Positions 1 through 11,640 of a DNA stretch of 64,000 bases are shown in pieces. A program made the position numbers and the translations under genes. Each line of letters opens with the position of its first letter. The stretch's first letter is position 1. This DNA is from Cetorhinus maximus. Lineage: Eukaryota. The stretch spans positions 10,044,001 through 10,108,000 of the forward strand of contig NC_135908.1 in NCBI RefSeq assembly GCF_964194155.1, read 5' to 3'. The notes beneath the pieces are model-generated. The model did not search any database, was not told the DNA's origin, and saw nothing but the letters and a program-made list of their open reading frames with translations.

Positions 1-49
1 CATTCCGGAATCTGGTTCTTACCAGTTTGTAAAAAATGTACACAGCAAC

Positions 50-86
50 AATAAACATGATGGGTTTTCTAGTAGTCTGTTTTATT
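50..86. terminator. Candidate convergent poly(A) signals: AATAAA on plus (50-55) and AATAAA on minus (86-81)
   Basis: Each hexamer has a U/GU-rich tract downstream on its own strand. Confidence 0.45.
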
Positions 87-1484
87 GTGTAATTTGTGTG
101 TACCTCCAGCCAAATTTGACCCCTCCTCATAACTACAATCAGAATATACAGCCCCTTCAGAAAACTGGATCCTGTTTTAAAAACACAAAATGCTGGAAAA
201 ACTCAGCAGGTCTGGCAACAGCTGTGGAGAGAGAAACAGTTAATGTTTTGAGTCCATATGACTCTTCAGAGCTGTATTCACATTCTTCCACTCATGTTGT
301 GGATAAACTTCATTTATTACACTTTAAACTGCTACAGGGTGCTTGTTCTTGCACTGGGGTCTGCGTATACACAATACCCCACACATGTAACCCCCCCCTG
401 GCTCTGGCGGTGAGGGGGCATGATTGTCACCGAGCTGGGAATACACAGGCTTATGAATTTCGGTGGGGAGGGGCAGAGACTATTTTGTTCCCCAACAGAA
501 TCTGGGAAAGCAAGGGAGGGGAAATAGATAGTTACAACCCAGTGCTGAGAACTGAGTGTCTGTGATGAACCCCAAGACCCTGTGTGCACACTCCTGGCTC
601 CCTCATTCACTGTGTACCAGGCGCAAACACTCAACATTAGCAGCAGCCTTGGTGAAATATGAATCATTCGCCACCACAGGAATGCTAACCAGGCACAATA
701 AATCCTTTCTCTCCCAGTTCCTCATCAGCAAACAGCACCAACCAGTGTTGGTCAGGTAGTAGACATGAACTTGTTCAGAGTCAGTGACTGCTCGGTCTGT
801 CTCTGCTCCCACTGCAATGGACACAGTTGCGAGCTGGATGGGGGGGGGGGTGATTTGGAGGGGACATTCCCAGATAATCCACCAACCCACACACTACTGT
901 AACTCTAACCCAACTAACAGCAGCAAATTAAATGTGTTGGAAGCCAATTACAGTTAGTTGGAGTGAAGATTATCTGCATTATAAGCCCAGGTTCCAATAG
1001 CACGTTGCTAGACACAAACTCTATTTATGATGTAAGATTAAACAATGTAAAGATTTACTGGTGAAAAGAACATAATGATATATGTTCAAAGTGAAACACT
1101 CCCAGGGCAGATACAGCATGGGGTTACAAATACCAGCTGTGCTCCAGTCTTAGAGCAGTACCGACCACATCACAGACATGTTTTCCACTTTACTCAGGTC
1201 ATTAGTGAGTGAGTCATCATGGGATGAACCAAGTTTGGATTCGTCAGGCCATTTCACATGAGCCTCCCAGCCCACTGATGGGATAACAACCCCCTCAAGA
1301 CATGAAAGGTTAATGCCCCTCATCACCCAATCGGGCCATGTGCTACTGAGAACTACCTTAGCCAGGAAATGTGGTACAATGAAACACTGAAGTGGAAAAG
1401 ATGGGGTTTAATGATATTCAATAGCAGACTGTTTTACTTGGAGAAAAGCTCCTTTCCCAGTAAATATTAGTGAAAAGTCAGGCA

Positions 1485-1615
1485 TCAGACAATGCTTTCT
1501 GGTCCAGGAATGTGCAGTCGCACTGTTTCAGCAGAGTCCACTTCATTCTGGGTTTCAGGATCACTGAGGTATAATCCCTGAAGAACACCCATCACAGTCA
1601 CATTAGGGAGCAGGT
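1485..1615 (-). CDS. SNX22: SNX22 exon 7 (last): DLLPNVTVMGVLQGLYLSDPETQ...PGPESIV*
   Basis: Acceptor ccttgctttccag; LPNVxVxGVLQGLY matches the recalled human SNX22 LPNVVVNGVLQGLY; TGA at 1487-1485; total CDS 576 nt. Confidence 0.9.
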
Positions 1616-2147
1616 CTGGAAAGCAAGGAGACAACGCTGAGTTCTGGCCAAACAGTCCTGGTTTCAGAGGTCAGAATGACCAAGAAGAATAATAAATAAG
1701 CTGAACATTCACAGGCCAGCTTGTCAGATGGGAACATTGCCAAGTTTCCCCATTGGGCATTTAGCTTTTCAACAGCAGAAATCATTAGCAAACCATTAGC
1801 ATCACAGCACAATCTCACGAACTATAACAATGCAGCGCTCCCTCAGTACCTGCCCTGCGGCAGTGCAGCACCCCCTCAGTACTTGCCCTGTGACAGTGTA
1901 GCACTCTGCCTGCTTCCCCATGGTCTCCCAGACTTAGGCCCTCCCCTGAGAGCTGGCCCATTCCCTCTATGACTGTGTTTCCACCATAATAATAATAATA
2001 ATTACCCTTGGAACCATTGTTTCCCATGTTCCCTCAGAGTGCTGCCTGCCCTGCCCACAACCATAGTTCCTCCTCTTCTCTGCATTGCTCATTAACAACG
2101 TCTCACAGCAACCCCCTCCCCACCCCAGCTTTCGTCACCCCTATTAC

Positions 2148-2209
2148 CTGTTGTACTCGGATGAGCAAAGGCATCTTTTGTGAAAGTGACCACCTGGTGA
2201 CAGAAACAC
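2148..2209 (-). CDS. SNX22: SNX22 exon 6: CFCHQVVTFTKDAFAHPSTT
   Basis: Acceptor ttctctttcag, donor GTAATA, phase 2/1; resembles the HQ(R)PVLxFxxDPY block of SNX22/24. Confidence 0.85.
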
Positions 2210-2265
2210 CTGAAAGAGAAGCAGCTTAGTGAGAAAATCACTGCATCGAATTCTTATTCCCCCAC

Positions 2266-3486
2266 TACCTATCCTGAGAGTGTTTGATGGGGACAGTGTA
2301 GACGGAGCTTTACTCTGTATCTAACCCCGTGCTGTACCTGTCCTGGGAGTGTTTGATGGGGGCAGTGTAGAGGGAGCTTTACTCTGTATCTAACCCCGTG
2401 CTGTACCTGCCCTGGGAGTGTTTGATGGGGGCAGTGTAGAGGGAGCTTTACTTGGTATCTAACCCCATGCTGTACCTGTCCTGGGAGTGTTTGATGGGGA
2501 CAGTGCAGAGGGAGCTTTACTCTGTATCTAACCCCGTGCTGTACCTGTCCTGGGAGTGTTTGATGGGGACAGTGTAGAGGGAGCTTTACCCTGTATCTAA
2601 CTCCGTGCTGTACCCGTCCTGGGAGTGTTTGATGGGGACAGTGTAGAGGGAGCTTTACTCTGTATCTAACCCCGTGCTGTACCTGTCCTGAGAGTGTTTG
2701 ATGGGGACAGTGTAGAGGGAGCTTTACTCTGTATCTAACCCCGTACTGTACCTGTCCTGGGAGTGTTTGATGGGGACAGTGTAGAGGGGGTTTTACTCTG
2801 TATCTAACCCTGTGCTGTACCTGTCCTGGGAATGTTTGATGGGGACAGTGTAGAGGGAGCTTTACTCTGTATCTAACCCTGTGCTGTACCTGTCCTGGGA
2901 ATGTTTGATGGGGGCAGTGTAGAGGGAGCTTTACTCTGTATCTAAACCCGTGCTGTACCTGTCCAGGGAGTGTTTGATGGGGACAGTGTAGAGGGAGCTT
3001 TACTCTCTATCTAGCCCTGTGCTGTACCTGTCCTGGGAGTGTTTGATGGGGACAGTGCAGAGGGAGCTTTACTCTGTATCTAACCCTGTGCTGTACCTGT
3101 CCTGGGAGTGTTTGATGGGGGACAGTGTAGAGGGAGCTTTACTCTGTATCTAACCCCGTGCTGTACCTGTCCTGGGAGTGTTTGATGGGGACGGTGTAGA
3201 GGGAGCTTTACTCTGTATCTAACCCCGTGCTGTACCTGTCCTGGGAGTGTTTGATGGGGGCAGTGTAGAGGGAGCTTTACTCTGTATCTAACCCCATGTT
3301 GTACCTGTCCTGGGAGTGTTTGATGGGGACAGTGTAGAGGGAGCTTTACTCTGTATCTAACCCCATGCTGTACCTGTCCTGGGAGTGTTTGATGGGGACA
3401 GTGTAGAGGGAGCTTTACTCTGTATCTAACCCCATGCTGTACCTGCCCTGGGAGTGTTTGATGGCGACAGTGTAGAGAGAACTTTA
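2266..3486 (+). repeat. 69-bp minisatellite, ~17.5 copies (GGGAGTGTTTGATGGGGACAGTGTAGAGGGAGCTTTACTCTGTATCTAACCCCGTGCTGTACCTGTCCT)
   Basis: Direct inspection; lies in SNX22 intron 5. Confidence 0.97.
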
Positions 3487-3908
3487 AACTGACAGGGAGC
3501 TAAAGTGGTAGATGTTAAGATGGATGACCAAAAGCTCAATCAAAGTAGTTAGTTTTACTCAGTGCTTGATGAGAGCACCGTGAGGTTTCGGAATGAATTC
3601 TAGGGTTCGGGGCCGAGGCAGCTAAAGGCACAGTCGCCAATGATGCTCCAATAAAAATGGGAGGCGTACATCAGGCCTGAATTAGAGATCCCAAAGGGTT
3701 GTCAAGCCGGAGGAGGTTACAGAGGAGGGGCCACGGGAGGGATTTGAACATTGATAAGAATTTTATAAATTTTAAATGAGGTGTTGCCAAACCAGGAGCC
3801 AACGTGAGCAGTGAAGTGACTGGATTGGGTGCAGGTTAGAATACTAGTTCACAGAGGGTGAAATTCAGGAGGTCGGTGAGGAGAGCTGCAGGCCTTTCTG
3901 GTGCTCAC

Positions 3909-3941
3909 CTGTAGTTTTGCAAGTCAAGTTGTTCCAGGATA
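3909..3941 (-). CDS. SNX22: SNX22 exon 5 (33-nt micro-exon): S-ILEQLDLQNY-R
   Basis: Strong acceptor ttccttttctttag, donor GTGAGC; phase 2/2 fits both neighbouring exons. Confidence 0.8.
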
Positions 3942-4916
3942 CTAAAGAAAAGGAATGACATTAGATCAGAACAAAGCGGGAGAAACAGAGCAAGACTGAA
4001 ATTTCTATCACACCGCGTCCTCTCGAGCTCCATCAATGTCACCTTAGTTAGTGTGCCCCTCATCGGTTCCTCCATCATGCCTTGATTCTCAAATCCCTAT
4101 CCTATAAAATCACCTAAAATTAAACAATTGTGCAGTGTAGGCCGAATCAGAGCTTTGTAAAAAGGTTTGGATAGAACTTTTGTTTTGGCATCCAATTCCT
4201 CAATTAAAAAAAATAATCACCTGGGATCTTGGACTTTAACCCTGCTAAATTTTAAGTTTTGTTTCCTTACACCCCACCCAGCTCTCTCTGTTCCTGCAAT
4301 TTGCCTCACCTCCCTTCTTCTGTCCTTTAACTGAGCTTTAGCCCTATCCATCAATCAAAGAACAGGCTCCTGAGAGAACTCCTCAGAACGTGGAAAAACT
4401 GCACTCAAAACGCTGGAGCAAAAATGTTCTCATGTATAAATATCAAGCCAGGAAGGAGCAGAGCATCATTCCAACGTGGAGGCTGTTGCCATGGCATTGA
4501 CCTGTGCGATGGCCGTGGAAGATGCACGGATATATTCATGTTAGGAATCCTAAGACTTTGGCACTGACCCCGACCCATCATTCCAGGGAACTGGGAGCTG
4601 CCATTCTTTATCATAACCACCAGGTGGAGGATTCAGACAGAGAGAGACGGGGGACATTTCCCTTGCTAAGAATTTGAATAGCCAGATTCCAAATTAAAGA
4701 TGTTTAGAGTTATAACATCTGTGACTATCTAACAATCCCTTCCAAAATTTCTCTATGATGGTAAAAGACAAGGACGAAGCCATTCAGCCCCTCAAGCCTG
4801 TTCCGTTATTCTAGTAGATTCTGGCTGATCTGATTTTAACTCCATTGACTTATCCCCATGTTACTCAATATCCACAACCCAACCTCTGTCTTGAACATAC
4901 TCAATGATGGAACGTT

Positions 4917-5418
4917 CACAAACCTCCGGGATAGAGAATTCCCAAGATTCACAGCCTTCTGGGATAGAAAATTCCCAAGATCCACAGCCCTCCAGGATAG
5001 AGAATTCCCAAGACTCTCAGCCCTCCAGGGTAGAGAATTCCCAAGACTCTCAGCCCTCCAGGATAGAGAATTCCCAAGACTCTCAGCCCTCCAGGATAGA
5101 GAACTCCCAAGACTCACAGCCCTCCAGGATAGAGAATTCCCAAGACTCACAGCCCTCTGGAATAGAGAATTCCCAAGATTCTCAGCCCTCCGGGATAGAG
5201 AATTCCCAAGATTCTCAGCCCTCCGGGATAGAGAATTCCCAAGATTCTCAGCCCTCCGGGATAGAGAATTCCCAAGATTCTCAGCCCTCAAGGATAGAGA
5301 ATTCCTAAGACTCTCAGCCCTCCGGGATAGAGAATTCCCAAGACTCTCAGCCCTCCGGGATAGAGAATTCCCAAGACTCACAGCCCTCCGGGATAGAGAA
5401 TTCCCAAGGTTCACAATC
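4917..5418. repeat. 33-bp minisatellite (CTCAGCCCTCCGGGATAGAGAATTCCCAAGATT), ~15 copies, amplified inside a CR1 3' fragment
   Basis: Flanks 4775-4916 and 5419-5500 read as continuous CR1 3'-end sequence. Confidence 0.93.
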
Positions 5419-5664
5419 CCAGAGTGAAGAAATTTCTCCTTAACTCATTCTGAAATGGACGAGCCCATATCCTGAGACTGGGACCCCCAGTTCGAGACTC
5501 CCCATTTCTCCTTGTTTAATCTTGAGAAACACCCCAAATCTTCTAACCTCAGGAATACAAGCTGACTCTCTGTGACTGGTTTACTTGTGACTCCTGCAAT
5601 CAAAAACAAGCCCAGGAGTAGCGGGGAGTGAAACATAAAGAGCCCCTGAGGATGAGAGACTGAC

Positions 5665-5759
5665 CTCAATGTATTCGTCTGCTTTCCAGCTGGGATATGT
5701 TTGATGTTGAGGAAGTCTAGGATTTCCCGGGACAGATGCTGATTGTCACACACGAGACC
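5665..5759 (-). CDS. SNX22: SNX22 exon 4: GLVCDNQHLSREILDFLNIKHIPAGKQTNTL
   Basis: Acceptor ctgacacag, donor GTCAGT, 95 nt, phase 0/2; matches the PX C-terminal helix (LLEFLRLRHFP / FLDFLNVRHLP in SNX22/24). Confidence 0.9.
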
Positions 5760-6012
5760 CTGTGTCAGAAAGAGAGAAAACCCAGTCTGTCTAAAGTGTA
5801 AACTCCTGCTCCTCTGCAAACTGTTAAACCCTCAGCCTGGTCACCTTGCTCAAAAGCCCTTTGACCCCAACCCAAACCAAACTATCCAACCTGACCCCTG
5901 CCCCCGTGACCCCACACCCCAGCCCCCATGACCCCACACCCCAGACCTCGCCCCCGTGACGCCCCCCCACAAATGATCCCACATCCCAGCCCCCCATACC
6001 CGCAACCCCACA

Positions 6013-7126
6013 CCCTCCGACAGTGCAACTCTCCCTCAGTACTGACCCTCCGACAGTGCAGCTCTCCCTCAGTACTGACCCTCCGACAGTGCAGCTCTCC
6101 CTCAGTACTGACCCTCCGACAGCGCAACTCTCCCTCAGTACTGACCCTCCGACAGTGCAGCACTCCCTCAGTACTGACCCTCCGACAGCGCAGCTCTCCC
6201 TCAGTACTGACCCTCCGACAGTGCAACTCTCCCTCAGTACTGACCCTCCGACAGTGCAACTCTCCCTCAGTACTGACCCTCCGACAGTGCAACTCTCCCT
6301 CAGTATTGACCCTCCGACAGTGCAACTCTCCCTCAGTACTGACCCTCCGACAGTGCAGCTCTCCCTCAGTACTGACCCTCCGACAGTGCAGCTCTCCCTC
6401 AGTACTGACCCTCCGACAGCGCAACTCTCCCTCAGTACTGACCCTCCGACAGTGCAGCACTCCCTCAGTACTGACCCTCCGACAGCGCAGCTCTCCCTCA
6501 GTACTGACCCTCCGACAGTGCAACTCTCCCTCAGTACTGACCCTCCGACAGTGCAACTCTCCCTCAGTACTGACCCTCCGACAGTGCAACTCTCCCTCAG
6601 TATTGACCCTCCGACAGTGCAACTCTCCCTCAGTACTGACCCTCCGACAGTGCAACTCTCCCTCAGTACTGACCCTCCGAAAGTGCAACTCTCCCTCAGT
6701 ACTGACCCTCCGACAGTGCAACTCTCCCTCAGTACTGACCCTCCGACAGTGCAACTCTCCCTCAGTACTGACCCTCCGACAGTGCAACTCTCCCTCAGTA
6801 GTGACCCTCCGACAGTGCAACTCTCCCTCAGTACTGACCCTCCGACAGTGCAACTCTCCCTCAGTACTGACCCTCCGACAGTGCAACTCTCCCTCAGTAC
6901 TGACCCTCCGACAGTGCAACTCTCCCTCAGTACTGACCCTCCGACAGTGCAGCACTCCCTCAGTACTGACCCTCCGACAGTGCAACTCTCCCTCAGTACT
7001 GACCCTCCGACAGTGCAACTCTCCCTCAGTACTGACCCTCCGACAGTGCAACTCTCCCTCAGTACTGACCCTCCGACAGTGCAGCACTCCCTCAGTGCTG
7101 ACCCTCCGACAGTGCAGCACTCCCTT
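6013..7126. repeat. 33-bp minisatellite (CAGTGCAACTCTCCCTCAGTACTGACCCTCCGA), ~34 copies
   Basis: Direct inspection; 2-3 degenerate copies of the same unit at about 1826-1907. Confidence 0.97.
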
Positions 7127-7327
7127 GGTATTGCGTTGAGGCACTCAGACTAGATTCTAGATAATTCTCAGGGTTTCCGGCCAAATCTCGGGGTCAGACA
7201 CAAGTGGTAGCCACTGATACGACGTTATTAAATCTTATTTAATAATTTTTCATGAAAAGAAACTCAAGATTCTGAAGGATTGCTGTCTAGGTGTAAAACT
7301 CAGCTTCAGTCTCTCCTTGTGCCTGAC

Positions 7328-7432
7328 CTGTAAATACGCCTCCAATCCAGTCCTCTTCTGCTCTAGGGCTTTGGGTCTTCGGTTCAGGCCTCGTTTTGGT
7401 GGGAAGTCTGGCGTCTTTGTCGTTTTTTTTAA
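7328..7432 (-). CDS. SNX22: SNX22 exon 3: LKKTTKTPDFPPKRGLNRRPKALEQKRTGLEAYLQ
   Basis: Acceptor ccaacag, donor GTCAGG, 105 nt; PX proline loop PDFPPK and LEQxRxGLEAYLQ helix. Confidence 0.92.
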
Positions 7433-8087
7433 CTGTTGGAAAGAAACAAGGGAAACAGGTCAGACCGTGAACTGGGAGCCGGGAAAATCCCCCTCACCCC
7501 GGAGTTTGGGAGAGGGTGGAGTGTTCTACATTGTGAGGGGTGGGGGCAGTGATAGGCAGACCGGGTCAAGGACTATATTCCTCCTGCTATTACCCGCGCC
7601 AAGTGGGTGGATTGGACGCGACCACAAACCCATCCATTGCCCCTCCACATCTGCACTGATTGGGTGACGGTGGGGACAGTCTGGATGATTCTCTTGTGTC
7701 CTGAGATGTCAGCGCTTTCACTGACCGGCTGTGCTGTGTTATCAGGAGCGCTGCAATGTCAAGCACGCATTCAAATCAAGCAGTAACTCAATCTCACTGA
7801 CATCATCGGACTGTAATTAGCTCTTACTTCCTCGGCGTCCCTTCACTGGCACGAGCCTCCTGCTCAGCCTCGTCAAATATCTGTTGGCAGCAAATGTCAG
7901 GATTATTCTAAACAGGATGGGCAGTGACATAGGAGTCTGTCCGGGGACCCCGAGACAGATTACAGACCAGTGACCTCCCGAGAACGCACACACACCAGAA
8001 ATACCAGCAGCATGTCCAACAAAAGGGATTAGACGGAGAAATGAAGATGGGACACTTCCCCAATTTGGGCACAGTTTCATTACTGAG

Positions 8088-9142
8088 CATTCCCAGGGCA
8101 GGTACAGCACAGGGTTAGATACAGAGTAAAGCTCCCTCTACACTGTCCCCATCAAACACTCCCAGGGCAGGTACAGCACGGGGTTAAATACAGAGTAAAG
8201 CTCCCTCTACACTGTCCCCATCAAACACTCCCAGGGCAGGTACAGCATGGGGTAGATACAGAGTAAAGCTCCCTCTACACTGTCCCCATCAAACACTCCA
8301 AGGGCAGGTACAGCACAGGGTCAGATACAGAGTAAAGCTCCCTCTACACTGTCCTCATCAAACACTCCCAGGACAGGGACAGCACGGGGTTAGATACAGA
8401 GTAAAGCTCCCTCTACACTGTCCCCATCAAACATTCCCAGGACAGGTACAGCACAGGGTTAGATACAGAGTAAAGCTCCCTCTACACTGTCCCCATCAAA
8501 CACTCCCAGGGCAGGTACAGCACGGGGTTAGATACAGAGTAAAGCTCCCTCTACGCTGTCCCCATCAAACACTCCCAGGACAGGTACAGCACGGAGTTAG
8601 ATACAGAATAAAGCTCCCTCTACACTGTCCCCATCAAACATTCCCAGGACAGGTACAGCATGGGGTTAGATACAGAGTAAAGCTCCCTCTACACTGTCCC
8701 CATCAAACACTCCCAGGACAGGTACAGCACAGGGTTAGATACAGAGTAAAGCTCCCTCTGCACTGTCCCCATCAAACACTACCAGGACAGGTACAGCATG
8801 GGGTTAGATACAGAGTAAAGCTCCCTTTACACTGTCCCCATCAAACACTCCCAGGACAGGTACAGCACAGGGTTAGATACAGAATAAAGCTCCCTCTACA
8901 CTGTCCCCATCAAACACTCCCAAGACAGGTACAGCACGGAGTTAGATACAGAATAAAGCTCCCTCTACACTGTCCCCATCAAACACTCCCAGGACAGGTG
9001 CAGCATAGGGTTAGACACAGAGTAAAGCTCCCTCTACACTGTCCCCATCAAACACTCCCAGGACAGGTACAGCATGGGGTTAGATACAGAGTAAAGCTCC
9101 CTCTACACTGTCCCCATCAAACACTCCCAGGGCAGGTACAGC
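8088..9142 (-). repeat. Same 69-bp minisatellite in inverted orientation, ~15 copies
   Basis: Unit is the reverse complement of the 2266-3486 unit; lies in SNX22 intron 2. Confidence 0.97.
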
Positions 9143-9144
9143 CA

Positions 9145-11235
9145 TGATCTATTCTCAGAAACTGTTTCAAATACATTCTATGAACTAATCTTCAAAACTA
9201 CTTTTGCCAATTTAATTTGTACCGTCGACTTGAAGATTAAAGCCCCCACAATTATTGAATTGATTTTGTTATAAGCCCCTCTTATTTCTTGATTAATGCT
9301 CTGTCCAACAGTATAGCTACTGTTAAGGTGCCTATAAACTATTCCCAGCTGCATTTCTGACACTTGCTAATTTTTACATCTACCTGCATTGATTCTATTT
9401 CCTGTTCTTCCAAGTCAGGATCCTTCCTCATTACTGCCCGTATGTCATCCTTTAATATCAGGGTTATTGTCTGCTCCATTCACCCTCTTTTCAAAACATC
9501 AAGTACTCTGGAATGTTTAATCCCAGCCTTGGTCACTGTGTAACTATGTCTCTGTAACGGAGATTAGACCTAACCCATTTAATTCTATTTGTGTCATTAA
9601 TTCCCCCGCCGTCCCCACACTGGCTCAGCCATCCCCGCCATTCCTGCACTGGCCCCACTGGCCCTGCACTGGCCCCACTGTCCCTACCGTCCCCACCAAC
9701 CCCGCACTGGCCCCGCCGTCCCCGCACTGGCCCCGCCGTTCCCGCACTGGCCCCGCCGTCCCCGCACTGGCCCCGCCAGCCCGGCACTGGCCCCGCACTG
9801 GCCCCGCCAGCCCTGCAGGTTTATTTCCCTCGAGTGACCATCCAATTTCCTTTTGAAATGACTCTTCCCTGTTTCTGTTTCCACCACCCTCTTTGGCAGT
9901 GAGTTCCAGGTCTTTATCATTCACTTTCTAAAAAAAATTCTTCCTCACATTCCCTCTGCACCTCTTACCCCAAAATCTTAACTCTGGTTCCTGGTGTAGT
10001 TTTACCATTAAACATTTGGTTCTCTTTCTCAGACTCTGCTTCTCTTTATTACACAGCTTTGGGGGCCTTGACTTTTCTCTGTAGAGTTATGAAATTCCCC
10101 CTTCGTGAACACTCTCCCCCTTTTTTCTTTTGGTTTAAATCCCTATCTGCAACCTAGTTATGCCGGGTTATAGGCCCCAGCTTGGTTTAAGTGGAGTCTG
10201 TCCCATTGGGACAGCTCCCCCTTTCCTTAGTACTGGTGCTGCATGAATCAAAACTGTTGTCACCTACACCACCCTTTGAGCGATGCATTCCCTCCACCAC
10301 CAACGCACAGTGGCAGCAGTGTGTGTACCATCTACAGGATGCACTGCAGGAATTCACCAAGGCTCCATAGACAGCACTTTCCAAACCCACAATCCAAGGG
10401 CAGCAGGAAGTTGCCCTGGAAGTTCCCCTCCAAGCCACTCACCATCCTGACTTGGAAATATATTGGCCGTTCCTTCACTGTCGCTGGGTCAAAATCCCAG
10501 AATTCCCTCCCTAACGGCACTGTGGATGTACCTACACCACATGGACTGCAGCGGTTCAAGAAGGCAGCTCACCACCACCTTCTCAAGGGGCAACTAGGGA
10601 TGGGCAATAAGTGCTGGCCCAGCCGGCGAAGCCCACATCCCATAAAATAATAAAAAAACAAATCTGAGAGCTGAAGGATCAGTGATGGAGCTGCGATACC
10701 CTCAGTCCTCTGAAGCTACCTTAATAGTCATACTGGTGAAGTTATCACAAAGACCCCACCAAAAAGTCATAGAGGTCTACAGCATAGAAAAAGGCCCTTC
10801 GGCCCATCGAGTTTGTGCCGGTCAAACAAGACCCTAACTATTCTAATCACATTTTCCAGCACTAGGCCCATAGCCTTGTATGCTATGGCATCGCAAGTGC
10901 ACATCCAAATACTTCTTAAATGTTATGAGGATTTCTGCCTCTACCACCCTTTCAGGCAGTGATTTCCAGATTCCCACCACCCTCTGGGTGAAAAAAGTCT
11001 TCCTCACATCCCCTCTAAACCTATCCTAACCTTCCTGAATGAGCCATGATGGGTCTTTGTTGCTGAATTTTTGTTTGTTGGAATTTATTTTTGTTGAACA
11101 TTTTGAATTGTTTCTTTAAATGTTTCCCACTGTTTATTTACTGCCACACCTTTTGGTCTATTTATCCCATCAACCCTGGCTAGTTCTCCTCTCATGTCTA
11201 AGTAATTGGCTTTGTTTAAATTGAAGATGGTCATG
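9145..11235. mobile_element. Cluster of CR1 fragments plus a plus-strand LINE 3' end (about 10285-10660)
   Basis: CR1 EN remnants at 9178-9363 and 11085-11235; 10285-10660 is the reverse complement of the 18231-18585 family. Confidence 0.65.
9600..9812. repeat. GC-rich ~20-bp tandem repeat (CCCCGCACTGGCCCCGCCGT)
   Basis: Direct inspection. Confidence 0.85.
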
Positions 11236-11556
11236 GGACACCCCCCCACCCGCCCCCCCCAGAATGCCAGCAATATCTTCCCAAGGTAAAGATGGGCTTG
11301 CCAGGGCAGCCAGTTATTCCACTATTGGGAGCCACACAGAGTCCTGTCCAAAACCCAATCCCATTGGTCACTGCAGGGGTTGGAGCCTGGAACCTGGGCT
11401 GGTTTCTCCCATCCCTAGCCCGAGGCCGGAGATCCCAGCAGATGTTAACCACAGCAGCAGGGTCTGGGTATTGGATGTGGATTAACATGAGGCGCACACT
11501 GACTCATTGGGGAGAAGGCACCAGGCCAGGGGTCAGCGAGGAGCCAGCGATCTGAC

Positions 11557-11640
11557 CTTTTTGTGCAGAGCTTGGAAGTCTCGGTATCTCCGCTCCACCA
11601 AGTGTTTCCTGCCATTGTTGAGAACTTCAATTTGGAAAAC
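11557..11640 (-). CDS. SNX22: SNX22 exon 2: VFQIEVLNNGRKHLVERRYRDFQALHKK (PX strands and RRY motif)
   Basis: Acceptor ttgttacag, donor GTCAGA, 84 nt, phase 0/0; PX RRYxxFxxLH signature. Confidence 0.92.

Noticed and set aside
102-172. Minus-strand exon-like segment reading SSFLKGLYILIV, a candidate SNX22 last exon
   Set aside because: 1485-1615 matches the LPNV..GVLQGLY motif far better and supplies the stop codon
4836-5427. Overlapping repetitive ORFs
   Set aside because: 33-bp minisatellite derived from CR1 sequence; no evidence of coding
5882-7153. Three 376-420 aa ORFs on both strands, one with a periodic Cys/His pattern
   Set aside because: They are translations of a stop-free 33-bp tandem repeat inside SNX22 intron 3
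2266-9142. CRISPR-like appearance of the regular arrays
   Set aside because: Head-to-tail units with no unique spacers, no cas genes and a vertebrate intron context
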